Shown: positions 9,564-21,656, counted from the stretch's first letter. The stretch: DNA of 64,000 nucleotides from Vulcanimicrobiota bacterium (GCA_963695225.1 OY968762.1:544001-608000); one strand, 5' to 3'. Notes: generated from the sequence alone by a model not told the origin. Made by a program: numbers and translations.

Positions 9564-12500
9564 CCGGTTGATCCGCCTTGGCGTCATGCTGGCCTGCGCC
9601 GCCGCGGCATCGTTCGCGCCCGCGGCCTGCACCTCCCGGACGGCGCCGGCCCCGCCCGCGCCCGTGCGGTTGGCGGCCGTCGAAGCGCTCCCGGACGTTC
9701 CGCTCCCCGCGGCGGTCGCGGCCGTTTCGCCGCGCGGCGCCGTCGAAGCCGGCGCGCAGATTCGCGTCGTGTTCCGCGACGACGCGGTCCCGCTCGAAGC
9801 GCTCGACGCGCCAGATCGCCAAACGCTCCTCGCGCGGTTCGCGCTCGAACCTGCCGTCCCGGGGCGCTTCATCGCGTTGACCCCGCGCATGATCGGCTTC
9901 CAAGCCGACGCGCCGTTGCCGCTCGCGACGCGTTTTCGCGTGACGCTGCGTGCGGGGCTCGCCGATCTGCACGGGCACGCGCTCGACCACGACTATGCTT
10001 GGACGTTCACGACGCCCCCGATCGAACTCTCGACGAACCTCCCCGCCGACCCCTCGGCCGAACTCGCGCCAAGCGAACGGATTCCGAAAGTGACCGTCGT
10101 TTCGAACGTCCCGCTCGACGAGGCGTCCCTCGCCGAGCACGCGCGCTTCGCCGGAGCCGACGACGCGACGGCGGTCGTTCAGAGCGAACTCGTTCCAACC
10201 CCGGCGCCGACGGGAACGGCGGCCGGCAGCGAGCGGGGTGCGGACCGTCCCGAGCAATTCGCGTACGTCTTGCGCCCGAGCACCGCGCTTGCTTCGGCGG
10301 CGGCGTACCGCTTCGAGTTGACGCCCGGGATCTTGCCGCGCGACGGGAATCTCGGAACCGCGGCGGCGGTGCTCGGCCGCCTGCGTACCTACGGGCCGCT
10401 CGCATACGTCGCCCCGCGCACGCAAGGCGACCCCGCGGAGAACGGCGGCGAGGGGCGTTTCGCCGACGGTTTCCCCGCATTTGCGTTTACGAATCCGCTG
10501 GATCCCAAGAGCGTCGCGTCGTCCGTGCACCTCGATCCGCCGCCTGCGGCCGGAGTCGTTGCGTTCGCGGCGAGCGAGGGGGCCCCGGAGCTCGACCTGA
10601 ACCCGGCCGCCCTCGAGCCGAACCGGCACTACACCGTCACGTTCGACGCGACGCTCGCCGACGCGTTCGGGCAAACGCTCGGCACGCCGCAGCAAGCGGC
10701 GTTCGACACGGGGAATCTCGCGGCGGATCTGTGGGCGCCCTCGGGCGAGACGATCTTCCCCTCGACGCGCGGGATCGATCTCGCCGTCTCGACGCGGAAC
10801 CTCCCCGAACGCTACCGGACCCGCTTCGCGCGGATCGAGCCGCGCGATCTCGCCTGGTTCGATCCGCAGGACGACGACGCGATCGCCAAACGCCTCGGCG
10901 ACGTCGCCGCCTGGGATGCGAGCGCGGCGCCGCCGCGGAGCAACGAGAGCGTCGAGACGCGGATTCCGCTGCGCGCGCGGCTGGACGCGCCGACGGGGAT
11001 GCTCGCGTACGGCGTCAGCGGCCGCACGAACCGGTATCGCGACGAGAAGGGGCGCACCGTCTGGGCCGAGCCGCGGTACCTCGGCGTCGTGCAACTCTCG
11101 AACGTCGGCATCTTCGCGCAGTGGTTTCCGAACGCGGGCCTCGTGCTGCTGCACCATCTCGCCGACGGATCGCCGATCGCGCGGGGCCGGGTGGAGATCT
11201 ACGAATCGCTGCTGGAAACGAAGGCGACCGATGCGCGCCCGCCCTGCGCGACGGGCGAGACGGACGTGCAAGGCGTGCTGCAACTCGACGGGGCGGCGTT
11301 CGCTCGCTGCGCGAGCACGGCGACGAACGCGAACGAGGCGCCCTCGCTCCTCGTGATCGCGCGCGACGGGGAAGACTGGTCCTACGTGCGGACGGGGCCG
11401 TACAGCGTCGATTGGAGCAGCGACGCGTATTTCGGCTGGTCGGCGGGCGCGCCGATCGCGCGCGGAGCGATCGTCCCCGATCGCGATCTCTACCAGCCCG
11501 GCGAAGACGTGCACGCGACCGGCGTCGCGTACTTCGAAACGAACGGCGTCCTCGCGCGCGGGCGCGCGGCGGAGTACGCGCTCGCGCTCGAAGGACCGAA
11601 CGGATCGCGCAAGTCGCTCGGGACCGCGACGCTCGACGAGTTCGGCGCGTTCTCGACGCATTTGAACCTCGACCGGCGGCAGGAGCTGGGCTACTACACG
11701 CTGCACGCGAAGGCGGCGAACGGCGAGGAACTCTACGGGTCCTTCCGGGTCGCCGAGTTCCGCCCCCCGAACTTCAAGACGAACGTCACGCTCGATCGCG
11801 CGTTCGCGTTCAAGGGGACGGCCGTGACGGCGAACGTCGCGAGCGCGTATCTCTTCGGCGCGCCGCTGGCGAACGCGCGCGCGCACTTGAGCGTGACGCG
11901 CTCGCGCACGTGGTTTTCACCGCCGGGATTCGAGCGCTTCTCGTTCGGGCGCGAGTGGCTCTACCCCGAAGAGGCGCCCAGCGTCACCAGCGACGTGCTC
12001 GATGCCGATGCGACGCTCGACGCCTCGGGGAGGCTCGCGCGCACGTTCACGATCGACGCCGCCGTCCCGTATCCGCTCGCGTATCGCGTCGACGCGCAAA
12101 CCACGGACGTCGCGAACCTGGCGGTCGACGATACCGCCACGCTGACGGTCTTGCCGGGCGAAACATCGATCGGGATCGCGACGCCGTTCGTCGCCGAGGC
12201 GGGCACCCCGTTCGCGGTCGAAGCGGTCGTCAGCGATCCGCAGGGCCACGCCGTGAGCGACCGGCGCATCAAGCTGACGCTCTCGGAGCGCGTCTACGAG
12301 CGCGCGACGCAGATCGTCGAAGGCGGCGAGACGCCCGCCGATGCGGTCCACTACCGCGACGTGCAAAGCGTCGAAGTGAACTCGGCGGCGACGCCGCAGA
12401 AGGTGCAGATGACGGCGCCCGGTGCGGGCGAATACCGCGTCCGCGCGAACTTCGCCGACGCGACGGACGATGCGACCGCGACCGACCGCGCGATCTGGGT

Positions 12501-15279
12501 GACGGGCGCCGGCAATGCAGGGTGGGGTCCGCAAGACGCGATGACGCTCCCCGTCAAACTCGACAAGGCGGAGTATCGTGTCGGCGAGACGGCGACGGCG
12601 CTCGTCGAGTCGCCGTTCCCGGAGGCGGATCTGTACGTCGCGGTCGTCCGCCACGACGTGATCTGGAAGCAGGTCGCGACCGTCAAAGGAAATGCGCCGC
12701 GCGTGCAGTTTCAAGTGACGCCGGCGATGTTGCCGAACGCCGCCCTCCAAGCAGTGCTCGTGCGGCGCGGAACGCCGCTCGGCCGCGGGGACGCGCCCGA
12801 TATCGGAAAGCTCGCCCGGATCGGTTTCGTCCCGTTCAAGACGGCGCTCGACGACAAGTACCTCGCCCTCGAGATCGTTCCGCAAGCGAACGACGTGCTG
12901 CCGGGCGGCGAGCAGACGGTGCGCCTGCGCCTCAAGGATCGTGCGGGACGCCCCGTGGCGGGCGAGATCGCGCTCGCCGTCGTCAACGACGCGGTCTTGC
13001 AGTTGAGCGGCTACCGCTTCCCCGACCTCGTCTCGCTCGTCTACGCGCCGCAAGCGATCTCGACGCGCTACGGCGACAATCGCGCGATCGTGCAGCTCGC
13101 CGCAGAGAAGCGCATGGAGGAGAAGGGATTCGGTTTCGGCGGCGGCGCGGAAGCCGGAGCGGCGGGGACCCGCCTGCGCACGGATTTCCGGGCGCTCGCC
13201 TTCTACGTCGGGGCCGTCCGGACGGATGCGCGCGGAGAAGCCTCCGTGCACTTCCGGCTCCCCGACGATCTCACGACGTGGCGCGTCCTCGCGATGTCGT
13301 TCACGCGCGACGCGCGCTTCGGTCGAGCTGACGCGACGTTCGTGGCGACAAAGCCGCTCGTGACGAATCCGATCCTCCCGCAGTTCGCGCGTCCCGGGGA
13401 TCGCTTCTCGGCGGGCGTGAGCGTCACGAACGTCGCGCAGGCGGCCGGCTCCGTCTCGGTCGCTGGGACGCTCGCCGGCGGGCTCGCCTTCCTGCAAGGC
13501 GAGAGGTCCGTCGCGAGCGCGACGCTCGAAAGCCCGATCGAAGCACTCACGCAAGGCTACCGCTTCGACGTGCGCGTCGACGGCGCCGACGACGCGAAGG
13601 TCGCCTTCCGCACGCAGCTCGGCGCGAACGCCGATGCCTTCGAAGTCCCGCTCCCGATCCGGTCGACCGATCTGCTCGAGAGCGTCGTCGCGACCGGCGC
13701 GACGGCGGATCGCGCGCAGATCCCGCTCAACGTCGCGAGCGATGCGCGCACGGATCTCGGCGGCCTCGATGCGACGCTCGCGAGCACGCTCTTGCCGTAC
13801 GCGAGCGAAGCGATCCGCGCGGCGCTGACCGGCGAGCTGCCGTTCGGCACCGAGGTCGCCGCCCGCGTCGCCGTCGCGTCCGATGCGATCGCGCTCGAGA
13901 AGCGGACGGGCCGCACGAGCGACCTCCCCGCGCTGCGCTCCGCGCTCGCGCGGAATCTCGCTTCGCTCCGCGCGCTCGCGCTCGCGGACGGCGGCTTCGC
14001 CGCTTGGCCGGGCGCGACGCGCAGCGAGATCTTCTCGACCGCGTTCGCCGCAAGCGCGCTCGCACGCGCGAAGGCCGCGGGGGAGGGCGTCGACCCCGAT
14101 ATCGCGCGCGTCTCGGGCTATCTGCGCAAGCGCCTCGCCGATCCGTGCGAAGGGCGCAAGAAGTGCCCGGACTCCGAGCGCGATTCCGTCCGTTTGGAGG
14201 CACTCGAGACGCTCGGAACGCTCGGCGACGTGCGCAGTTCGTACCTGGACGAAATCGTCGCGGGCCGCGCGCAGCTCTCGTATTACGAGAACGTCGAACT
14301 GGCGCGGCACATGCTCAAGCTTCCCGCCTATCGTACGGCGGCGCTCGCGCTGCGCGACAAACTCCTCGAACAGGTGCATGAAACCGGGCGCTCAGCGACC
14401 GTGGACGTGCCCGGCGACTACCTCGAAACGCGCGTCGCGGGGCAGGCGCAAATCGTGCAGCTGCTCCTCGACAGCGCCGCGCCCGTCGAGGAGATCGATC
14501 GCGCGTTCCGCGCGTTGCTCGCGACGCAAACGAACGGGACGTGGCCCTGCGGCTCGGACGCCGCCGAGGCGTTTGACGCGCTCGCCGGGTATGCCGCGCT
14601 CGATCGCGTCCCGCCGGACTTCACTGCGCGCATTGCGCTCGCCGGCAAAGAGGAGAGCATCCCGTTCCACGGCTATGCGCAACCGCTCGCCGAGCGGACG
14701 TTCCCGGCCGCCGCGTTGCCGAAGGGCTCGAGCACGCTCGATCTTTCGAAGAGCGGCGCGGGCACGTTGCATTACGCGGTCGCGTACCGCTACGCGCTCG
14801 CCGGGCCGCAAGCCGGACGCTATCAGGGGATTCGCATAGACCGGATCGTCCGGCCCGCGAACTCCGCCGACCCGGTCGCGACGTTCGGGCTCGGCGTGCC
14901 GGGCGCCGCCACGCTTGCGGCGGGCGCCGTCTTCGATATCGAAGACCGGATCGTCACCGACCATCCGATCGATCGCGTCGTGATCGACGATCCGCTCGCA
15001 GCGGGACTCGAAGCGATCGACACGAGCTTCCGCACCTCGACGACGTTCTACCAGCCGCAACTCGATGCGTGGGAGATCACCTACCAGCAGATCTACCGCG
15101 ATCGCGTCCTGGCCTACGCGGATCACCTGCAAGCCGGCGTTTTCGCCGTGCACTACCTCGTGCGCTCGCAGACGCCCGGGACGTTCGCCTGGCCGGGCGC
15201 GGAGGTGCACTTGCAATACGCGCCGGAGGAATTCGGGCGCACCGCTGCGACCGTGCTGACGATCGCCGCCCCGAAGTAG
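9544..15279 (+). CDS. Bacterial alpha-2-macroglobulin family (lipo)protein
   Basis: 1911 aa; N-terminal signal ending in ...PAAC; DRDLYQPGE, VAEFRPPNF, RTDF...LPDDLTTWRV, PLAAGLE, YAPEEFGRT. Start may be 9544, 9568 or 9586. Confidence 0.92.
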   Translation: MDRSSRIRLIRLGVMLACAAAASFAPAACTSRTAPAPPAPVRLAAVEALPDVPLPAAVAAVSPRGAVEAGAQIRVVFRDDAVPLEALDAPDRQTLLARFALEPAVPGRFIALTPRMIGFQADAPLPLATRFRVTLRAGLADLHGHALDHDYAWTFTTPPIELSTNLPADPSAELAPSERIPKVTVVSNVPLDEASLAEHARFAGADDATAVVQSELVPTPAPTGTAAGSERGADRPEQFAYVLRPSTALASAAAYRFELTPGILPRDGNLGTAAAVLGRLRTYGPLAYVAPRTQGDPAENGGEGRFADGFPAFAFTNPLDPKSVASSVHLDPPPAAGVVAFAASEGAPELDLNPAALEPNRHYTVTFDATLADAFGQTLGTPQQAAFDTGNLAADLWAPSGETIFPSTRGIDLAVSTRNLPERYRTRFARIEPRDLAWFDPQDDDAIAKRLGDVAAWDASAAPPRSNESVETRIPLRARLDAPTGMLAYGVSGRTNRYRDEKGRTVWAEPRYLGVVQLSNVGIFAQWFPNAGLVLLHHLADGSPIARGRVEIYESLLETKATDARPPCATGETDVQGVLQLDGAAFARCASTATNANEAPSLLVIARDGEDWSYVRTGPYSVDWSSDAYFGWSAGAPIARGAIVPDRDLYQPGEDVHATGVAYFETNGVLARGRAAEYALALEGPNGSRKSLGTATLDEFGAFSTHLNLDRRQELGYYTLHAKAANGEELYGSFRVAEFRPPNFKTNVTLDRAFAFKGTAVTANVASAYLFGAPLANARAHLSVTRSRTWFSPPGFERFSFGREWLYPEEAPSVTSDVLDADATLDASGRLARTFTIDAAVPYPLAYRVDAQTTDVANLAVDDTATLTVLPGETSIGIATPFVAEAGTPFAVEAVVSDPQGHAVSDRRIKLTLSERVYERATQIVEGGETPADAVHYRDVQSVEVNSAATPQKVQMTAPGAGEYRVRANFADATDDATATDRAIWVTGAGNAGWGPQDAMTLPVKLDKAEYRVGETATALVESPFPEADLYVAVVRHDVIWKQVATVKGNAPRVQFQVTPAMLPNAALQAVLVRRGTPLGRGDAPDIGKLARIGFVPFKTALDDKYLALEIVPQANDVLPGGEQTVRLRLKDRAGRPVAGEIALAVVNDAVLQLSGYRFPDLVSLVYAPQAISTRYGDNRAIVQLAAEKRMEEKGFGFGGGAEAGAAGTRLRTDFRALAFYVGAVRTDARGEASVHFRLPDDLTTWRVLAMSFTRDARFGRADATFVATKPLVTNPILPQFARPGDRFSAGVSVTNVAQAAGSVSVAGTLAGGLAFLQGERSVASATLESPIEALTQGYRFDVRVDGADDAKVAFRTQLGANADAFEVPLPIRSTDLLESVVATGATADRAQIPLNVASDARTDLGGLDATLASTLLPYASEAIRAALTGELPFGTEVAARVAVASDAIALEKRTGRTSDLPALRSALARNLASLRALALADGGFAAWPGATRSEIFSTAFAASALARAKAAGEGVDPDIARVSGYLRKRLADPCEGRKKCPDSERDSVRLEALETLGTLGDVRSSYLDEIVAGRAQLSYYENVELARHMLKLPAYRTAALALRDKLLEQVHETGRSATVDVPGDYLETRVAGQAQIVQLLLDSAAPVEEIDRAFRALLATQTNGTWPCGSDAAEAFDALAGYAALDRVPPDFTARIALAGKEESIPFHGYAQPLAERTFPAAALPKGSSTLDLSKSGAGTLHYAVAYRYALAGPQAGRYQGIRIDRIVRPANSADPVATFGLGVPGAATLAAGAVFDIEDRIVTDHPIDRVVIDDPLAAGLEAIDTSFRTSTTFYQPQLDAWEITYQQIYRDRVLAYADHLQAGVFAVHYLVRSQTPGTFAWPGAEVHLQYAPEEFGRTAATVLTIAAPK

Positions 15280-15284
15280 CCGCG

Positions 15285-16064
15285 ATGGATCTTGGGATCG
15301 CCGGGAGACACGCGCTCGTCTGTGCCTCGAGCAAGGGGCTCGGGCGCGGCTGCGCCTTCGCGCTCGCGCGAGAAGGCGTTACGTTGACGATCGTCGCGCG
15401 CGCGCCGGCGGCGCTCGAGGCGACCGCGCAGGAGCTGCGCCGGGAAACGGGGCGCCTGCCGGAGACCGTCGTCGCGGACGTTGCGACGGAGGCGGGGCGC
15501 GCGGCGATCCTCGCCGCCTGCCCTGCGCCGGATATCCTCGTCACGAACGCGGGCGGCCCCCCGCCGGGGAACTTCCGCGATTGGGGCCGCGACGAATGGA
15601 TCGCGGCGCTCGATGCGACCATGCTCGCGCCGATCGCGCTGATCCGCGCGACGATCGACAGGATGATCGAGCGCCGCTTCGGGCGGATCGTCAACATCAC
15701 GTCGAGCGCCGTGAAGGCTCCGATCGACGTCCTCGGCCTCTCCAACGGCGCGCGCAGCGGGTTGACCGGTTTCATCGCCGGACTCGCTCGCGAGGTCGCG
15801 CAGCACGGCGTTACGATCAACAACCTCTTGCCGGGCACGTTCGACACGGACCGGCTGCGCGCGACGCTCCGCGTCTGGGCGGGCGCGCACGGCGTGACGC
15901 CGGAAGAAGAAGCCGCCGCGCAGGCGGCGCAGAATCCCACGCGGCGCTTCGGCACCTCCGAGGAGTTCGGAGCGCTCTGCGCGTTCGTGTGCAGCGTGCA
16001 CGCCGGCTACATCACGGGGCAGAATCTCCTGATCGACGGAGGCCGCTACCCGGGGACGTTCTAG
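15285..16064 (+). CDS. SDR family oxidoreductase
   Basis: MDLGIAGRHALVCASSKGLG, ILVTNAGGPPPG, GRIVNITS, YITGQNLLIDGG. Confidence 0.92.
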   Translation: MDLGIAGRHALVCASSKGLGRGCAFALAREGVTLTIVARAPAALEATAQELRRETGRLPETVVADVATEAGRAAILAACPAPDILVTNAGGPPPGNFRDWGRDEWIAALDATMLAPIALIRATIDRMIERRFGRIVNITSSAVKAPIDVLGLSNGARSGLTGFIAGLAREVAQHGVTINNLLPGTFDTDRLRATLRVWAGAHGVTPEEEAAAQAAQNPTRRFGTSEEFGALCAFVCSVHAGYITGQNLLIDGGRYPGTF

Positions 16065-16849
16065 AGGCCGTCCACGAACGCGGCGATCAGTTCGGCCAGT
16101 GCTTCCGGCCGGTCGAGGGGCGCGTAGTGCCGGCAGGCAGGCAGTTCCTCGAAGCGGCTCTCCGCGATCGGGTCCGCGACGAGTTCGCGGGCGAGGGCCG
16201 GCGTCATCGGCCGGTCCCCGGCCGGCGCGACCACGAGCGTGGGCGTCTCGATCGTTGCGGCTTCCGCGCCGAAATCGAGCGTCGTCCACGATTCGTAGGA
16301 TGCGAGCGCGACCTCCCGGGGAACGCTCGCTGCCGCGGCCAGCAAGAGCGCCGTCGTCTCCGGGGGCTGCGGCGCGGTCGTCAAGCCGCCGAGCCAGCGC
16401 CGCAAGACCGCCGGGTCCGTGAGGGTGGCGCGAAAGAACGTATCGAGCGCGGGCGGGAAGGCTAACGCCCGCGCCGGGACGCTCGCGATGAGGACGAGCC
16501 CCAAGACCGCCTCCGGGCGGTCGACTGCGAACCGCTGCACGATCGCGCCCCCCATCGAGTGCCCGATCGCGACGACGGGATCGAGCCCGAGCGCGTCGAC
16601 GAGATCTCCGAGGTCCGCCGCGAAGCGCTCGACCGTGTACGGGCCGGGCGCCCCGTTCGAGGCCCCCATCCCGCGCAAGTCGACGGTCAGCGTCCGGAAG
16701 CGCCCCGCGAGCAACGAGCGCAACGGCTCCCAAACGGCGCTCGACCCTTGCCAACCGTGCACGAAGAGCAGCGTCGCAGCCGCAGCCTCGTCGCCTCCGA
16801 GGGCATAAGCGAGCGAGGCGCCGTCGCCGGCGCGGTAGCGCAACGCCAT
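16061..16849 (-). CDS. Alpha/beta fold hydrolase
   Basis: LLFVHGW, DLRGMGAS, GHSMGG nucleophile elbow, C-terminal His. Confidence 0.9.
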   Translation of the reverse strand: MALRYRAGDGASLAYALGGDEAAAATLLFVHGWQGSSAVWEPLRSLLAGRFRTLTVDLRGMGASNGAPGPYTVERFAADLGDLVDALGLDPVVAIGHSMGGAIVQRFAVDRPEAVLGLVLIASVPARALAFPPALDTFFRATLTDPAVLRRWLGGLTTAPQPPETTALLLAAAASVPREVALASYESWTTLDFGAEAATIETPTLVVAPAGDRPMTPALARELVADPIAESRFEELPACRHYAPLDRPEALAELIAAFVDGL

Positions 16850-17024
16850 TAGACTGCCCCGCAGGCGTGTGAGGGCATCGATTCTGCGGTACGAATCGGG
16901 CAGCGCCCCGGCGCATCGGCAGGGCTGGGTTCTTCCCTGCCGCGGAGGAGAAGGATGGGGACCAGAGCAGGCGCGCGGCTTGGAAACATCGCCGCCGAGC
17001 TACGCGAATGGAATGTGCGAAGCC

Positions 17025-17040
17025 TGTGGCACGGCTCGCA
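17025..17040. promoter_or_regulatory. CRP-box-like site upstream of the Crp-family gene
   Basis: TGTGG-CACGGC-TCGCA, 2 mismatches to TGTGA-N6-TCACA. Confidence 0.35.
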
Positions 17041-17061
17041 AGTTGCCGATAACTGTGACGT

Positions 17062-17778
17062 ATGGCAAGCGAAGCCGGACGCCGCGAGGGCGCAGTAATC
17101 GACACGGGGCTGCTTCGTCGAGTCCCGTTGTTCCAGAACTTTTCCGAGCAACAGCTCGGCGACGTCGCTCGATTGGTAAAGATTAGGCGATTCGGAAAGC
17201 ACGAGATGGTCGTGCGCGAGGGCGACCCCGGCGAGGCGTTCTACGTGATCCTCGGCGGCTCGGTCGCAGTCGTGCGTACATCCGCGGATGGGCGCGAAAC
17301 CATCCTCTCGATCCTCAAGGATCAGGATTTCTTCGGCGAGATGAGCGTCCTCGACACATCGACGCGCTCGGCGAGCGTCCGCGCGATGACGAACGTCGTC
17401 CTCGGCGTGATCGAACGGGAGCCGTTCCTCGACTTGATCGATCACACGCCGGGAATCGGCCGCCTCCTCGTGATCGCGCTCTCGGAGCGGCTGCGGGCCG
17501 CGAACAAACTGATCACCTCGACGGCCTCGCAGGACATCCGCTCGCGCCTGGCCTCGCTCTTGCTCGATCTCATGCAGAGCTTCGGAGAGCCCGCCGATAC
17601 GGGTACGCGCATCTCCCTCCGCCTGACGAACCAAGAGCTGGCGAACATGATCGGCACGACGCGCGAGACGGTCAACCGGACGCTGAATCGATTCTGGGAC
17701 GAGCACATGATCGACATGCGGACGACGCACATCGTCCTGACCGACCTCGAGAAGCTCCGCAGCTTGACGATGGTCTGA
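17062..17778 (+). CDS. Crp/Fnr family transcriptional regulator
   Basis: cNMP-binding domain (FFGEMSVLD...RSASVRA) and HTH (LTNQELANMIGTTRETVNR). Confidence 0.93.
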   Translation: MASEAGRREGAVIDTGLLRRVPLFQNFSEQQLGDVARLVKIRRFGKHEMVVREGDPGEAFYVILGGSVAVVRTSADGRETILSILKDQDFFGEMSVLDTSTRSASVRAMTNVVLGVIEREPFLDLIDHTPGIGRLLVIALSERLRAANKLITSTASQDIRSRLASLLLDLMQSFGEPADTGTRISLRLTNQELANMIGTTRETVNRTLNRFWDEHMIDMRTTHIVLTDLEKLRSLTMV

Positions 17779-17793
17779 GTTCCCTCGGGCCCG

Positions 17794-17820
17794 GCAGGGC
17801 CTCCCCCGCCTCCGTCCGAA
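17794..17820 (+). promoter_or_regulatory. Putative sigma-H-like promoter of the gmk operon
   Basis: GCAGG, 19 nt spacer, GAA; the same motif recurs upstream of many genes (see findings). Confidence 0.4.
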
Positions 17821-17857
17821 ACTTCTAGGTTCGTTTCGTCAACGGGAGGCTCGTCTT

Positions 17858-18490
17858 CTGCGCGGCCCGGGTCTGCTCTTCGTCGTTTCGGGTCCGTCTG
17901 GAGCCGGAAAAGATACGGTGGTCGAGCGCTTGCTCGCTCGGCTGCCGCGCTTTCGCCTTTCGGTCTCCGCCACGACCCGCTCGCCGCGTCCGGGCGAGAT
18001 CGACGGCATTTCCTACCACTTCGTCGATCGTGCGACGTTCGAAGAACGGGCCAAGCGCGGTGGGTTCCTCGAAACCAAGGAGTACAACGGCAATCTCTAC
18101 GGTACGCCCCGCGCGGCGATTGAATCGCTGCTGGGCGCGGGCTTCGACGTCATCGCGAAGCCGGAAGTGAACGGGGCGCTCGCCGTCAAGGCAGCCTACC
18201 CGCAAGCCGTCCTGATCTTTCTGCTACCCGATAAGTTCTCGCATCTCGAAAGCCGGTTGGCGGCGCGCAGCACCGAAACGAGCGACGAAATCGCCGCGCG
18301 GATGGCCATCGCGCAAGACGAGCTCTCGCACATCCACGCCTTCGAATACGCCGTCATCAACCATCACGCGCCCGACGGGCCCGGAGAGAGGCTCCCGGCA
18401 GTCGACGACATCGAGGCGATCGTTCGCGCCGAACGCCTCCGCATCACCCACTACCGCGACTCCGACTTCAAGGATATCACCAACTCATGA
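17858..18490 (+). CDS. gmk: Guanylate kinase, probable CTG start
   Basis: P-loop VVSGPSGAGKDT lies upstream of the track start at 17918; SATTRSPRPGEIDG..Y.F and YGTP follow; SD GGGAGG 8 nt before CTG 17858. Confidence 0.92.
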   Translation: MRGPGLLFVVSGPSGAGKDTVVERLLARLPRFRLSVSATTRSPRPGEIDGISYHFVDRATFEERAKRGGFLETKEYNGNLYGTPRAAIESLLGAGFDVIAKPEVNGALAVKAAYPQAVLIFLLPDKFSHLESRLAARSTETSDEIAARMAIAQDELSHIHAFEYAVINHHAPDGPGERLPAVDDIEAIVRAERLRITHYRDSDFKDITNS

Positions 18491-18705
18491 GCGACCCCGT
18501 TTTCGGAGACCTCGACGGTCTCTTGACCCATGTCGATTCCAAGTTCACGCTGGTCAACGTCGTGACGAAGCGCGCTAAACAATTGAACAACGGCGCGCCC
18601 GCGCTCACGCCGAATTCGAATCCGAACAAACCCGTCTCGACGGCGTTCGCCGAAGTCGCCGCCGGAAAAATTCCGTACAAGCGCGTTCGCGAAGGGATCA
18701 AGTAG
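18487..18705 (+). CDS. rpoZ: RNA polymerase omega subunit
   Basis: VDSKFTLVNVVTKRAKQL...KPVSTAFAEVAAGKI; follows gmk. Confidence 0.93.
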   Translation: MSDPVFGDLDGLLTHVDSKFTLVNVVTKRAKQLNNGAPALTPNSNPNKPVSTAFAEVAAGKIPYKRVREGIK

Positions 18706-18744
18706 CCGGGCGGCGTCATTCTCCGATCAGGAGGGAAGTGAAAC

Positions 18745-20572
<1,828 letters not shown>

Positions 20573-20580
<8 letters not shown>

Positions 20581-21325
20581 CCCGCGCGCCGACGGACGAG
20601 CCATCGACGCGCTGCGCCCCGTCACGATCGAGACCGGCATCCTCGCGTTTGCCGAAGGGAGCGCGCTGATCTCCGTGGGGAACACGAAGGTGCTCTGCGC
20701 CGCGACGATCGAGTCGAAGGTGCCCCCGTGGATGCGCGGGCGCGGGACCGGCTGGGTCACCGCCGAGTACGCGATGTTGCCGCGCGCGACCCAAGAGCGC
20801 ACGCAGCGCGAAGCGACGCGCGGGAAGCTCGGCGGCCGCACGCACGAGATCCAGCGGCTCATCGGGCGCTCGCTGCGCGCCGTGACGGACCTCGCGATGC
20901 TGGGGGAGCGGAGCGTCGTAGTCGATTGCGACGTGCTGCAGGCGGACGGCGGGACGCGGACCGCTTCGATCACAGGGGCCTACGTCGCACTCCACCTGGC
21001 GCTCCGGCACGCGTTCGATTGCGGCGGGAGCCGCTGGCCGCTGCGCGGGCAGATCGCGGCGACGAGCGTCGGCTTCGTGGACGGCGTCGCACGACTCGAC
21101 CTCGCCTACGAGGAAGATAGCCGTGCGGAGGTCGATATGAACGTTGCCATGACCGATGCCGGAGCTTTCGTGGAAATCCAAGGCACCGCCGAAGCGAAGC
21201 CGTTCGACCGCGCCGCGCTCGATGCGATGCTGGCGCTCGCGCAGGGCGGAATCGAGCAACTGTTCGAGCATCAGCGGCGGGCGATCGCCCTCGCTACCCC
21301 GCTCGCCGGCGCGAATGCCCGCTGA
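20573..21325 (+). CDS. rph: Ribonuclease PH
   Basis: [43 protein letters not shown]. Confidence 0.97.
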
Positions 21326-21656
21326 CGCCGCGCGCCTGAGGGCGCTCCACGCGACCGTCTCCGGCTTCTACGTGCGCGACCGGAGGCTGCTCCGCGCGCA
21401 ACGCGATCTCGGCAAACTGCTCGAGCGCGGCAAGCCGATCTCCGAACGCACGGCGCGGCGCTACCTCGCCGCGGTCGAGCGCTATTTCTCCGGCTTTTCG
21501 AGCGAGGCGCAGACGCAGCTCGCGAAGCTCGAGCGGCGTTTGGCCCAGGTCAGCCAGCTCCAATACAATCTCACGGCGGAGCGCGGCGTCGCCGTCAAGC
21601 GCGTCGCCGCGACGCAAGGCGTCCTCTCGACGATCGCTGAACTTCGCGGCGGATGA
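21315..21656 (+). CDS. Hypothetical helical/coiled-coil protein (113 aa)
   Basis: Overlaps the rph stop and the mlaE start (ATGA); amphipathic helical sequence. Confidence 0.7.
   Translation: MPADAARLRALHATVSGFYVRDRRLLRAQRDLGKLLERGKPISERTARRYLAAVERYFSGFSSEAQTQLAKLERRLAQVSQLQYNLTAERGVAVKRVAATQGVLSTIAELRGG

Noticed and set aside
8409..13331. Very long alternative-frame and antisense ORFs (e.g. 8409..13331 +, 8626..11886 -, 11917..14379 -, 22297..24669 -, 62266..63936 -)
   Set aside because: Arg/Ala/Gly-rich shadow frames overlapping well-supported genes; expected in high-GC DNA where stop codons are rare.
18706..18744. glmS ribozyme upstream of glmS
   Set aside because: Only 39 nt separate rpoZ and glmS, so there is no room and no matching motif.
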